The position numbers and the translations under genes are program-made. 64,000 nucleotides of DNA from Minisyncoccia bacterium (GTDB taxonomy: Bacteria > Patescibacteriota > Minisyncoccia > Phycocordibacterales > UBA6065), in NCBI GenBank assembly GCA_044233485.1, contig JBIIJY010000002.1, positions 8,047-72,046 of the forward strand, written 5' to 3'. Within the stretch, counting starts at the first letter, position 1. Each line of letters opens with the position of its first letter. Shown here piece by piece: positions 27,770 through 36,863 of this stretch. Under the pieces are notes generated by a model. It worked only from the letters and a program-made list of their open reading frames with translations, searched no databases and was not told where the DNA came from.

Positions 27770-28687
27770 ATGAACTACGATCTTGCCATTATCGGCGGTG
27801 GGCCCGCTGGAGTCTCTGCTGGTGTCTATGCATCCCGCAAGCGTATCAAGACGCTTTTCTTGACCAAAGATTTCGATGGTCAAAGCACAGTCTCTGACAA
27901 GATTGAAAACTGGATCGGCACAGTGGCGATTTCCGGACGTGACCTTTCTGCATCACTCGAGGCTCACTTGCGCGCTTATGCAGGCACGGTAGTCGACATT
28001 CACACCGGCGAGCTCGCTTCACTGGTGGAGAAAATAGATGGCGGATTCCGCGTGACGACCCTAAAGGGCACCTACACCACTAAAACAGTTCTCATCACTG
28101 CTGGCAGTAAACGACGTAAACTCGATGTGCCCGGGGCAAGTGAATTTGAACATAAAGGAATTGTCTACTGTGCGACGTGTGATGGCCCACTCTTTGCCGA
28201 TCAAGACGTGGCTGTCATCGGTGGTGGAAATGCGGCTTTTGAATCTGCCGCTCAACTTTTGGCATATTGTAAGTCGGTTACACTCATCAATCGTGGAAGT
28301 GAGTTTCGAGCAGACCCAGTGACCGTCGAGAAGCTCCTCGCTCAGCCAAAGTTCAAGGCACTCACCAATGCAAAACTCAGTGCAATCTTTGGCACAAAAT
28401 TTGTCGAAGGCCTCCGCTACACCGATGTATCTGGTACCGAGATCACTCTTCCGGTAACTGGTGTCTTTGCTGAGATCGGTTCAATGCCCAATACCGACAT
28501 GGTCAAAAATCTCGTCACCCTCGACCAGTATGGACGTATCGAAATCGACCCATGGCGACAGCGTGCAAGTATACCCGGCGTCTGGGCAGCTGGTGACTGT
28601 ACCAATATCCTCTATCATCAAAACAATATCGCCTCTGGTGATGCAGTAAAAGCTCTTGAAGATATTTACGGATATTTGCACGCGTAG
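27770..28687 (+). CDS. trxB: thioredoxin-disulfide reductase
   Basis: FAD motif AIIGGGPAGVSAG, redox-active CATCDG, NADPH motif VIGGGNAA. Confidence 0.9.
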   Translation: MNYDLAIIGGGPAGVSAGVYASRKRIKTLFLTKDFDGQSTVSDKIENWIGTVAISGRDLSASLEAHLRAYAGTVVDIHTGELASLVEKIDGGFRVTTLKGTYTTKTVLITAGSKRRKLDVPGASEFEHKGIVYCATCDGPLFADQDVAVIGGGNAAFESAAQLLAYCKSVTLINRGSEFRADPVTVEKLLAQPKFKALTNAKLSAIFGTKFVEGLRYTDVSGTEITLPVTGVFAEIGSMPNTDMVKNLVTLDQYGRIEIDPWRQRASIPGVWAAGDCTNILYHQNNIASGDAVKALEDIYGYLHA

Positions 28688-28712
28688 TCAAAAAATGGTA
28701 TAATTATATTGA

Positions 28713-28961
28713 ATGAGACCACTGCCGTTTTGCAGGAAATGCGCAGAAAGTCCGATCTGGATCAGCGTCTGTCTACCAGTCGGCGCCGCAGCGATGCTCT
28801 ACTCGAGTATCACTGTCCACAAAACCCAACAAATCCTCGGAGCGTGGATATGTTTGGGGCTCGCGATACTCTGGCTTACACTCTACTGCATTCCGCTACT
28901 GGCAGATTGCACTGAGCACATCAGGGAAATTCGAAAATTTCGCAACGGCCGGCGCCATTAA
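28713..28961 (+). CDS. small putative membrane protein (82 aa)
   Basis: Two hydrophobic segments. ORF ends inside a strong terminator. Low confidence. Confidence 0.25.
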   Translation: MRPLPFCRKCAESPIWISVCLPVGAAAMLYSSITVHKTQQILGAWICLGLAILWLTLYCIPLLADCTEHIREIRKFRNGRRH

Positions 28962-28977
28962 CGGCGCCGGTTTTTTT
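28949..28977 (+). terminator. rho-independent terminator
   Basis: CCGGCGCC-ATTAAC-GGCGCCGG followed by TTTTTTT. Confidence 0.7.
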
Positions 28978-29004
28978 GTTTATAAAATCTGCTAGTATTG
29001 CCAC

Positions 29005-29727
29005 ATGACAACCCGTATCGACATCCTCCTTACCCTTCGCGGACTGACCGACTCACGTAACCGCGCCCAGGAACTCATACGACAGAAAAAAGTTCGTGTT
29101 GGTGGACTTCTCGTCTCGAAAGCAAGTCAGACATTCGAAGATGATGCACATATCACCCTCGATGAGGATTTACTCTACGTGAGTCGAGCTGGATATAAAC
29201 TCGCCGGAGCGCTCGAGCAATTTTCAATCGACGTCACGGGCATGGTCGCTCTTGATATTGGATCTTCAACCGGTGGCTTTACCGACTGCCTCCTCAAACA
29301 CGGCGCTCGACATGTCTACGCGGTCGACGTCGGGACAGATCAATTTTCTGCAAAGCTCAAAGGGCTTCCTACTGTTTCTCTTTTTGAACAGACAGACATA
29401 CGGGATTTCAACCCCCCGCCACTCCCACTCGATATCATCACTATTGATGTCTCATTTATTTCAGTAATCCATCTGATTCCCCGCATAGCTCTTCTCTCAC
29501 GTCCGGGAACACACATTATCTGTCTCGTGAAGCCGCAATTCGAACTCTCGCGGGAGAAGCTCAACAAAAACGGAATTGTGAAGTCTGAAGCCGATGCGCT
29601 CGAGGCATGCGTACGCGTCGAGAATGCATTCGCAGAAACTGGGTTTCGTATCCTTGGTCGCGGAGTCTCTCCTCTTAAAGGTACTGAGGGTAACACTGAG
29701 TATCTTCTACATCTCTCTCGAATATAA
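29005..29727 (+). CDS. tlyA: TlyA-family rRNA 2'-O-methyltransferase (hemolysin A-like)
   Basis: S4-like N-terminus RIDILLTLRGLTDSRNRAQELI. FtsJ-like MTase VALDIGSSTGGFTDCLLKHGARHVYAVDVG. Confidence 0.85.
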   Translation: MTTRIDILLTLRGLTDSRNRAQELIRQKKVRVGGLLVSKASQTFEDDAHITLDEDLLYVSRAGYKLAGALEQFSIDVTGMVALDIGSSTGGFTDCLLKHGARHVYAVDVGTDQFSAKLKGLPTVSLFEQTDIRDFNPPPLPLDIITIDVSFISVIHLIPRIALLSRPGTHIICLVKPQFELSREKLNKNGIVKSEADALEACVRVENAFAETGFRILGRGVSPLKGTEGNTEYLLHLSRI

Positions 29728-29765
29728 AAAGGGGGCGCGTCACCTGTCGGTGATGCGCCCTCGCT

Positions 29766-30047
29766 TCAGATCCGGTAACCTGGCATCTCACAGAAAATTG
29801 CCCACTTTTGATACTGATATGCACCAAGAGCCTCTCGACTCGGTAGGGTATACAAGACAATATCGCCAACCTGAACAATGACACCAAACCCGACAATTGA
29901 TTCGTTTTTTCGAATAATGGCTACTCGATACGTTCCATCGTGGCGACAACGAGCAAATTCATCTAAAATATAATCCCCGTTGGGGAACATCTGGTTTAAA
30001 TCGGAACACATCTTTTTATATACAGATGCAAACTCTCTCTCATTCAT
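29766..30047 (-). CDS. hypothetical protein (93 aa), uncertain
   Basis: ORF only. No motif. Confidence 0.25.
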   Translation of the reverse strand: MNEREFASVYKKMCSDLNQMFPNGDYILDEFARCRHDGTYRVAIIRKNESIVGFGVIVQVGDIVLYTLPSREALGAYQYQKWAIFCEMPGYRI

Positions 30048-30265
30048 TTGTTCAACCTTTCTGTTTATTGTTATATAACAACTATCTCTATATGTAAATA
30101 GTCCGTCATCCCAGCCACGGTCTAGAGAGATTTTGCCTTACTCGACTTTCTGGCATACACTATGTGGGCATTCAGTCGCCTTCAGTAGCGGCGAGCGAAC
30201 GGTGCCCGGCATTTCCGCCCACGGAACTTTGCCCGATAAGCACCAGGAGGCGATCCTGATTGCAA

Positions 30266-30302
30266 GCCTGCCGACCCACCCGGGTTAGCAGGCTCTTTTT
30301 TT
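30266..30302 (+). terminator. orphan plus-strand rho-independent terminator (no plus-strand ORF upstream for about 500 nt)
   Basis: AGCCTGC-CGACCCACCCGGGTT-AGCAGGCT followed by CTTTTTTT. Confidence 0.55.
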
Positions 30303-30310
30303 ACACAAGC

Positions 30311-30856
30311 TTACTTCACCTCCTCGAGTAGCCCGGCACCCGAAAGCTTGAATGTTTTCGTCACGCCAATAGATGGCTGTGCCGTCATCGGTTCACCTGT
30401 GGCACGAGTGGCGAAATTCACACTTACGATACCGTCCGCGATTCGCGTATTCTGAGGCGCGATACGATCACCGAGAAAGAACGCCTCGAGACTACGATAT
30501 CCCGCATCTGTCGCTTTCAAGACAACGAGGTAGAAAAACACTCCTGTCCCGCCCGTGCTCTGTGTGATGAGGAGAGCCCGATCCACTCGCCCGTCGCCAT
30601 CGAGATCACCGGTCGCCTCATTGCCGAAATATTCAGTGATAGTCGACGAGGCACTCTCTGGTGCGGACTCCTCTTCATTCACTCCGTCGACGAGCGTCAC
30701 GGATTTCCCTTCTATCTGATAGGTAAAGTTTTGTGGATTGAAAGTAGAAAGTGGAGTCTGTGGTTTATCGAGCTTCGAGAACGAAACTCCCCCGCGAAGC
30801 ACCATCACCACAACACCAATGACGATAAGAACGATGAGTATGACTTTTTTTGACAT
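30311..30856 (-). CDS. hypothetical membrane-anchored protein
   Basis: N-terminal TM helix (KKVILIVLIVIGVVVMVL) followed by a soluble domain. Confidence 0.5.
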   Translation of the reverse strand: MSKKVILIVLIVIGVVVMVLRGGVSFSKLDKPQTPLSTFNPQNFTYQIEGKSVTLVDGVNEEESAPESASSTITEYFGNEATGDLDGDGRVDRALLITQSTGGTGVFFYLVVLKATDAGYRSLEAFFLGDRIAPQNTRIADGIVSVNFATRATGEPMTAQPSIGVTKTFKLSGAGLLEEVK

Positions 30857-30876
30857 GGGGTAAGTATAGCAAGAGC

Positions 30877-31383
30877 TTATTCCACAAATGATGCAATCTT
30901 CGGCAAAACGAGCTTGATATAATCCTCTGACTTCATGCCGACAGAATAACTTTTATCACCAGCATTAAAAACAATCTTTTCATTGGCAAGCAGCGAGTCA
31001 TCAGCGAATACTTCTAGGTTAAATAGATTGCCAAACGGCGGTACACCACCAGGTAATACTCCACCAGTAATCTCACCTACTTCTACTTCACTGGCAAAAC
31101 GAATATCAGTAAAGTTGAATAACGTAGACACTTTCTGAGAGTTGAATCGCTTGTCGCCCGGGAGAACTATCATGACAAATCGTTTACCTTTCCCCGATTC
31201 TTTCACTCGAGCAATGATTGCCTTTGCACCTTGCTGAATTGTATAGCCCACTCGTGTCTTTGCAGCTTCTTCACTTGTACGAACAGGCGGATGCTCAAAC
31301 GTTTCAAACCAGCATGAGTTTTGAGTAAGGAGAGTTTTTATTTTTTCAACAACTGGATGATATTCCATAGGGTTATGGTACAC
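30877..31383 (-). CDS. YbaK/ProX-family aminoacyl-tRNA deacylase
   Basis: GGVLPGGVPPFG matches the deacylase-domain GxxPFG signature. Confidence 0.7.
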   Translation of the reverse strand: MYHNPMEYHPVVEKIKTLLTQNSCWFETFEHPPVRTSEEAAKTRVGYTIQQGAKAIIARVKESGKGKRFVMIVLPGDKRFNSQKVSTLFNFTDIRFASEVEVGEITGGVLPGGVPPFGNLFNLEVFADDSLLANEKIVFNAGDKSYSVGMKSEDYIKLVLPKIASFVE

Positions 31384-31432
31384 CGGTTAGGGTCGAGGTT
31401 CAATTACAAGTTGAATGAAACCCTCCACCGCA

Positions 31433-31476
31433 ACGTCGCAGAATCTCAGATGAGCCTGCGACGTTTTTTATTTTTC
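31433..31476 (+). terminator. orphan plus-strand terminator hairpin upstream of the 143-aa ORF
   Basis: ACGTCGCAG-AATCTCAGATGAGC-CTGCGACGT followed by TTTTTTATTTTT. Confidence 0.5.
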
Positions 31477-31561
31477 AACTCATTACTTGACTCGGTCGAT
31501 TGCATATGAGAGATTGAGACCGAAACGTAGAGGGCAATAAAGCACTCTACAGAAAGGAAAC

Positions 31562-31993
31562 TTGGGATTACTAGAAGATGCTCTAAAGCGTGCAATTGCA
31601 AGGCGTGGCACCCCCGTTCAAGCGGATAACAATCGTGCAGAAAGGGCGCGAGAAGAGGCTACGTTGCAACAACAGCAACGGATTGATGAATTAATCGGTC
31701 AAATCCCCACCCTTCTTGAAGAGGCCATTTACAGTGGCAAACACTTCATTGAGGTGGTCACTATCGACGAGACGAGAGGAGACTACCCACCTGACTGGTG
31801 GCTGGACTACTGCCACTTCTTTGAAGCACAGAAATACATTGACGACCACCCGGTGGCGAAAGCGGTGTGTGATTTTATGGAAGAAGCACAGCGGCAGCGT
31901 TTCGTCTTCAGCTTGCACTTGAAACCACTCCCAGATGACCCGAACGAAGCCCCAAATCGGAAGGCTATCGTCGTTCACGCCGCCTGGCGATGA
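31562..31993 (+). CDS. hypothetical protein (143 aa)
   Basis: ORF followed by a strong terminator. No motif. Confidence 0.4.
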   Translation: MGLLEDALKRAIARRGTPVQADNNRAERAREEATLQQQQRIDELIGQIPTLLEEAIYSGKHFIEVVTIDETRGDYPPDWWLDYCHFFEAQKYIDDHPVAKAVCDFMEEAQRQRFVFSLHLKPLPDDPNEAPNRKAIVVHAAWR

Positions 31994-32017
31994 ACATCGG
32001 AGGTGAATATTCGAAAC

Positions 32018-32053
32018 GCCCGGACTCAGAGTAGTCCGGGCGCTTTTTGTTTT
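32018..32053. terminator. bidirectional rho-independent terminator
   Basis: GCCCGGACT-CAGA-GTAGTCCGGGC followed by GCTTTTTG. Confidence 0.7.
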
Positions 32054-32058
32054 GAACA

Positions 32059-32688
32059 TTATCCCGAAATTACTGGCAACTTGCCGACGTATGTTTTGTT
32101 GTTGATCAAATCCACGAGGACTTTCGCCACTTTCTTTCTACTGGTCAGTAGTTCGGCTGGGCCACCTTCTGTCAGGCGATATATCTTTGCTTCTGCATTA
32201 CTTTTGCTGAGCTTGAGCACGCGGACGACTGTGAAGTCTAACCCTGAGTCTTGCAATACTTTTACATGCCCAATTCCGTCATTGACCCGATCTGGATCTA
32301 CGATCGCGACAAGTACATTAAGCACCTTGTCGACAAGAGACGGAGTATCATTTTCTGCTCTCGCGCCGGTGCCGGTGAGGCTGAGGATTCTAGTAATCCC
32401 GCACTCTTTCATGGCGCGGGTAATATTGGTAATTCCCTTGGTCTGCATCAGAGGGTCGGACCCTTTAATATGCCCTAAAACACTGATCACGGCCTCACTA
32501 CCCTGGAGCGCATCGCGAACACTCTCATAGTCCATCACATTCCCTTTTTTAATAATCACATCGCCTGAGAAATATGTACTCGAAGCATCGCTAAACACAA
32601 ACGCCACAACTTCAAAGCCCAAGGCTTTGGCATAGTTCACCACCTCTACCCCTGTCCTTCCATCAGCACCGAATATGCAGATTTTCAT
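32059..32688 (-). CDS. NAD(P)H-binding (NmrA/SDR-like) oxidoreductase
   Basis: MKICIFGADGRTGVEVV Rossmann GxxGxxG. Confidence 0.7.
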   Translation of the reverse strand: MKICIFGADGRTGVEVVNYAKALGFEVVAFVFSDASSTYFSGDVIIKKGNVMDYESVRDALQGSEAVISVLGHIKGSDPLMQTKGITNITRAMKECGITRILSLTGTGARAENDTPSLVDKVLNVLVAIVDPDRVNDGIGHVKVLQDSGLDFTVVRVLKLSKSNAEAKIYRLTEGGPAELLTSRKKVAKVLVDLINNKTYVGKLPVISG

Positions 32689-32781
32689 AGATACAGTATA
32701 AAGTCGTAGAACTCTTTGTAAATCTAAGCTGTTACTCGTAGATTTTCGAGGACTGAGACATTTGAGATATCGCGAGAAAAA

Positions 32782-33372
32782 TTATAGTTGACTCTCGATT
32801 GTCTTCTTCGACTGCGCATCGATAATTCTAATAATGAAGCTGAATACACTTGTCACCATGTAAGCAATAAAAAGTGTGCAGATATTTGCCAGCAAAAATA
32901 GCAACAATATTACTGTGAAAATATACTCTTTGAGTACGAAGGTAAAGATTATCGACGAAGTGACAAAAGTAATACCGTAGAACATGCCAACAATTTTAAA
33001 AAGCTTTCTTTTAAACACTTCGTGATTAAAATCGTTTCGAAAGAAAGAGACTGCTTTGATTACAAATTCATATATAAAGGCAAAACCCACAATCATAGAG
33101 AGTATAACCCCCTTCATTTCTTCCGCATCAATGACACGACTATACGATCCATTTGAATCGAAAAAATTAAAATGAGAGTTGAAATCTGAGATAAGACTTA
33201 GCAGATTATCTATGAGGAGAAGACCTCTGTCGTTAGTTAAAAAGAGTGCACTTATTGATAGTAAGACAAAGAACACATACAGAAATAAAGATATGACGTA
33301 GGGAGTATACAGTACGTTTCTGACGATTCTTGTCCCGAATATAAGAACTTGTCTTATGGTTATGGCCAGCAT
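32782..33372 (-). CDS. hypothetical multi-pass membrane protein in AT-rich DNA
   Basis: Several hydrophobic helices. About 35% GC. Confidence 0.4.
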   Translation of the reverse strand: MLAITIRQVLIFGTRIVRNVLYTPYVISLFLYVFFVLLSISALFLTNDRGLLLIDNLLSLISDFNSHFNFFDSNGSYSRVIDAEEMKGVILSMIVGFAFIYEFVIKAVSFFRNDFNHEVFKRKLFKIVGMFYGITFVTSSIIFTFVLKEYIFTVILLLFLLANICTLFIAYMVTSVFSFIIRIIDAQSKKTIESQL

Positions 33373-33586
33373 GTTTGTACTGGATTATTTCAGTATTGTA
33401 CCGTACATATGAGTTTATATAAGCATTGTAGCACTCTCGTGCACTATCATTATCTCGATTCAGCGATGTTATAGGGATTCGGTCACATATACATTTTGTG
33501 AACCTGTAGCGCGGCTTTCAGAGCTAACAAGTACTAGGAAATAGCAACCTGTGAACTTAGACTTGAGTAAATTCTTAATGAATGAA

Positions 33587-34108
33587 TTAGAAACCTGAAC
33601 AAGTTAAGATTAGTACGGAATTTTTTTCATCTCCTTCCATATATCCATTCAACGAACTTTTATTCCAAGGAGTCTCAGAAGGAATAAATGTTTTACCGGC
33701 TTTTGTAACCGTATCTTTACACCAATTTTCTCGATTTACAGCGTCGGCCTTACCGAAAGAAATTCCTTTATTCAATTCAAACTTCTTATCAAGTACTGTT
33801 CCAGTTTCAATAACCTCTATACAACTTTTCTTATAGTCATTATTATGAGTACCAGCACTCACTCCAGGATTTAGAGAGATATTTTCACAAATTGTTACAT
33901 CATTATAATAAATAGCAACAGTCTGGATACATGCAGGCGAAAGAAAATCACTAACTTTATTACAAATTTCAACGTAAGACATTGAGGGGCTTACATTTGT
34001 AACCTTATTGGTTGATGTTTTTTTAGAAAAATAGAAAAATGCAACAACTAATACTACGACAATAATTGAGAGCATGATTCTTATGAATCCACTTTGATAG
34101 TTTCTCAT
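33587..34108 (-). CDS. hypothetical secreted/membrane-anchored Cys-containing protein in AT-rich DNA
   Basis: N-terminal TM helix IMLSIIVVVLVVAFFYF. Confidence 0.4.
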   Translation of the reverse strand: MRNYQSGFIRIMLSIIVVVLVVAFFYFSKKTSTNKVTNVSPSMSYVEICNKVSDFLSPACIQTVAIYYNDVTICENISLNPGVSAGTHNNDYKKSCIEVIETGTVLDKKFELNKGISFGKADAVNRENWCKDTVTKAGKTFIPSETPWNKSSLNGYMEGDEKNSVLILTCSGF

Positions 34109-34136
34109 ACCAAAATTATACTACACAATGTTCACT

Positions 34137-34315
34137 TGTGACCCTATCGGGATTCGGTAACTTAATTGTAAAGGCCACAATAATTTGTTCGTCGTCACTC
34201 GTAGATTTTCCAGCCCCGGACTCGACTGTTTTTCTTGCTAGAAAAACATGTCTCTGTCTTCACAAAATTTAAAAGACTGGAGCAGTCCAGATTTTTTGGA
34301 AACCTGTTTTTGTGA
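34137..34315 (+). repeat. direct repeat copy 1 (about 180 bp) beginning with a 22-nt copy of the tRNA-Glu 3' end; att-like
   Basis: TGTGACCCTATCGGGATTCGG at 34137-34157 matches the tRNA-Glu 3' end at 35358-35378 (20 of 21). About 145 bp are roughly 95% identical to copy 2. Confidence 0.7.
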
Positions 34316-34494
34316 CCTAGACGCTTGGATTTCAGAACTTTTTAAACAAAGAAATAGCATAAAGTTATCCATTCAAAATTTATCAAAGTTAGTTTGTAAA
34401 AACAGAAAACCCACCGAAGCGGATTTCCGTTGGTGAGTTATTTCTCGAGAATTTTGCAAGTTTTCTCTAACTTAGTGGACGGACCACCATTCTT

Positions 34495-34920
34495 CTATTT
34501 TTCTAAAGCGGCTTTTAAGCGGGCCTGGATAGCGTTTGCATTCCTTAAGAATTTTTGAGCTTGCTTCACAAGGTCTGATGTCTCCTGTAACAAAGATTCC
34601 AGATCTCCTGTGACGGCGTCACTCGCAGACTTTTTGTTTTGTGCATCCAAGAAATCAAGTGCCTGCTCAATCTTGATTCTTACATTTCCACCGATTTTTT
34701 CCTCCTCAAGACTTTTGGCCCACCTCACTAAAGTAGGGTGAGCCATGTTCTGAAAGGTAGGAGACGGGCGAAGCGCTAGGGCCATTGAGCGAAGGTTTTT
34801 GAAACGCTTCCGAGTCCGCAAAAAGCGCTGATGAAGGGTCTGTATTTTCATAATCGAGTCAGTTTCTACCAAGAAAATTATCATTATTTCTTTTAATAAG
34901 CAATATTTTTCAGAACTCAT
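34495..34920 (-). CDS. hypothetical protein (141 aa) between the two repeat copies
   Basis: ORF only. Confidence 0.35.
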   Translation of the reverse strand: MSSEKYCLLKEIMIIFLVETDSIMKIQTLHQRFLRTRKRFKNLRSMALALRPSPTFQNMAHPTLVRWAKSLEEEKIGGNVRIKIEQALDFLDAQNKKSASDAVTGDLESLLQETSDLVKQAQKFLRNANAIQARLKAALEK

Positions 34921-35074
34921 TAAAAACGCTGCTGTATATTATCAATTTGCAAAACCGCAAGAAAAGGAGCAGATTGTTCGTGTAATATTTTCAGAACTTT
35001 CAGTTTCCCAAAATACGTTGAATTATAAGTGCAAAAAAGAATTTGAGTGTATCGAGAACCGACTAAATACTATT

Positions 35075-35255
35075 TGTGACCCTATCGGGATTCGGTAACT
35101 TAATTGTAAAGGCCACAATAATCTACTCGTCGTCACTCGTAGATTTTCCAGCCCCGGACTCAGCTGTTTTTCTTGCTAGAAAAACATGTCTCCGTCTTCA
35201 CAAAATTTTAAAAGAGTGAAGCAGTTCACTCTTTTTAGAAACCCGCTCTTGTGGT
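35075..35255 (+). repeat. direct repeat copy 2 (about 180 bp) beginning with a tRNA-Glu 3'-end fragment; att-like
   Basis: Near-identical to copy 1 over about 145 bp. Confidence 0.7.
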
Positions 35256-35315
35256 CACGCATAATTTTTTGCTAAAATTTGCGCGACCCCGCCTCGCGCC
35301 GTCGCGCTCCGGCCG

Positions 35316-35360
35316 TCACAATAGTAAAAAGCCACGTGTAGTGGCTTTTTACTATTGTGA
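35316..35360. terminator. perfect 20-bp inverted repeat hairpin (terminator) overlapping the tRNA-Glu 3' end
   Basis: TCACAATAGTAAAAAGCCAC-GTGTA-GTGGCTTTTTACTATTGTGA. Confidence 0.6.
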
Positions 35361-35432
35361 CCCTATCGGGATTCGAACCCGAGTTTAAGGCTTGAGAAGC
35401 CTCCGTCCTAGACCAGACTAGACGATAGGGCC
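35358..35432 (-). tRNA. tRNA-Glu(CUC)
   Basis: Reverse complement GGCCCTA-TC-GTCT...GGAC-G-GAGGC-TTCTCAA-GCCTT-AAAC-TCGGG-TTCGAAT-CCCGA-TAGGGTC-A. Anticodon CTC. No CCA. Confidence 0.8.
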
Positions 35433-35637
35433 GTGGGTACGTTATAACACATTTTCTCTTTTATTTCAAAAACTTGATTTCGTTTTGGGGGAGACGTATC
35501 ATGGTGAGAGCAGGTTCCTCTGCGATGTGTTAACTCGAGCGTGGGCTGTTCATTGGTTTTTCGACCATCGCCACGCTCGGGTTTTCTTTATAATCGACTC
35601 CTTTTATTTTAGAAAAGTTGGTATACAGTTAACCTAT

Positions 35638-36831
35638 ATGCGAATACTCGCGATTGAAACAAGTTGTGATGATACATCCGTCGCCCTGCTTGAAGCGTCT
35701 GGAACGCTTGAGGCACCACACTTTAAAGTACTCTCGCATGTCACACAAAGCCAGATTGAACTTCACCGTCCTTATGGCGGTGTCTATCCAAACCTTGCAA
35801 AGCGTGAGCATGCCCGTAATCTAGTACCAGTACTCGAGACCGTCTTGACCGAGAGTTCCTCTATCACCCCGGCGTCAGGTACAGACAAATTTCTCACCAC
35901 CCTGCGTCTACACTTGAAGCGAATTCCAAAACTCTTGAGTCGAGAACCAGAGCTAGCTCAAGCAATTTCAGATTTTATTCCTCGTATTCAAAAGCCTAAA
36001 AGTATCGATACTATCGCCGTCACTGTCGGGCCTGGACTCGAGCCGGCGCTCTGGGTCGGCATCAATTTCGCCCGAACACTTGGAACACTTTGGAATCTAC
36101 CCGTCATCCCCGTCAATCACATGGAGGGGCATATCGTCTCTACACTACTTGCATCCGAAGGATCTCCAAAGCTCGCTCAAGTCGAGTTCCCCGCCCTCTC
36201 ACTCCTTGTCTCTGGCGGACACACAGAGCTTGTCCGTATTGGCGGATGGGGTAACTACACCATACTCGGAAAAACAGTCGACGACGCTGTCGGTGAAGCC
36301 TTCGACAAAATTGCTCGGATCCTCAAACTCCCCTATCCCGGTGGCCCAGAAATCTCAAAACTGGCACAAGAGTTTCGTGCAAGTGGTCGTGAACAACATG
36401 TCACTCTCCCTCGCCCGATGTTGCATTCACCTGATTTGAATTTTTCATTTTCTGGCCTGAAAACTGCGGTGCTTTATTACACCCAAAAGAAAGGTCTAAT
36501 TGACCATGAACACACAAAAGCAATTTGCGCGGAAGTAGAGGAATCAATCACTGAAGTCCTCGTCTCAAAAACAGAAGCGGCTCTACGTGCCGGCAATGCC
36601 CGTACTCTCATCATCGGTGGTGGTGTCAGTGCCAATACCTATCTGCGCGAGAAACTTGTCGCTCTCACTGACGAACTCGACGTACGACTCCTTCTTCCAG
36701 AAAAAACTCTTTCAACTGATAATGCGATCATGATCGGGATTGCCGGGTATTTCTCTCTTCTTCAGAATCGCAAAAGTGGCGTCGACCGAGCTCTTGGTAA
36801 CCTCAGTCTTGAGCACATCAAGACTCTGTAA
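35638..36831 (+). CDS. tsaD: tRNA N6-adenosine threonylcarbamoyltransferase TsaD (Kae1/YgjD family) with an internal insertion of about 50 aa
   Basis: MRILAIETSCDDTSVALL, HMEGH metal motif, LLVSGGHTEL, GEAFDKIARILKLPYPGGP. Confidence 0.85.
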   Translation: MRILAIETSCDDTSVALLEASGTLEAPHFKVLSHVTQSQIELHRPYGGVYPNLAKREHARNLVPVLETVLTESSSITPASGTDKFLTTLRLHLKRIPKLLSREPELAQAISDFIPRIQKPKSIDTIAVTVGPGLEPALWVGINFARTLGTLWNLPVIPVNHMEGHIVSTLLASEGSPKLAQVEFPALSLLVSGGHTELVRIGGWGNYTILGKTVDDAVGEAFDKIARILKLPYPGGPEISKLAQEFRASGREQHVTLPRPMLHSPDLNFSFSGLKTAVLYYTQKKGLIDHEHTKAICAEVEESITEVLVSKTEAALRAGNARTLIIGGGVSANTYLREKLVALTDELDVRLLLPEKTLSTDNAIMIGIAGYFSLLQNRKSGVDRALGNLSLEHIKTL

Positions 36832-36863
36832 CAAGTACGGCAAGATGATATACTGACCAGTAT

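Noticed and set aside
30090-30300. SRP/4.5S RNA candidate in the orphan-terminator region
   Set aside because: The hairpin CAGGA-GGCGA-UCCUG lacks the conserved symmetric-loop context of SRP domain IV.
31381-31440. tRNA-like hairpins (TTCAA-TTACAAG-TTGAA; GGTTCAATT) upstream of the 143-aa ORF
   Set aside because: No acceptor stem, D-arm or T-arm can be completed. Anticodon ACA would be non-standard.
34248-34436. 62-aa ORF starting inside repeat copy 1 (and its truncated twin in copy 2)
   Set aside because: The corresponding reading frame in copy 2 terminates after 16 codons. Sequence conservation is at the DNA level, not the protein level.
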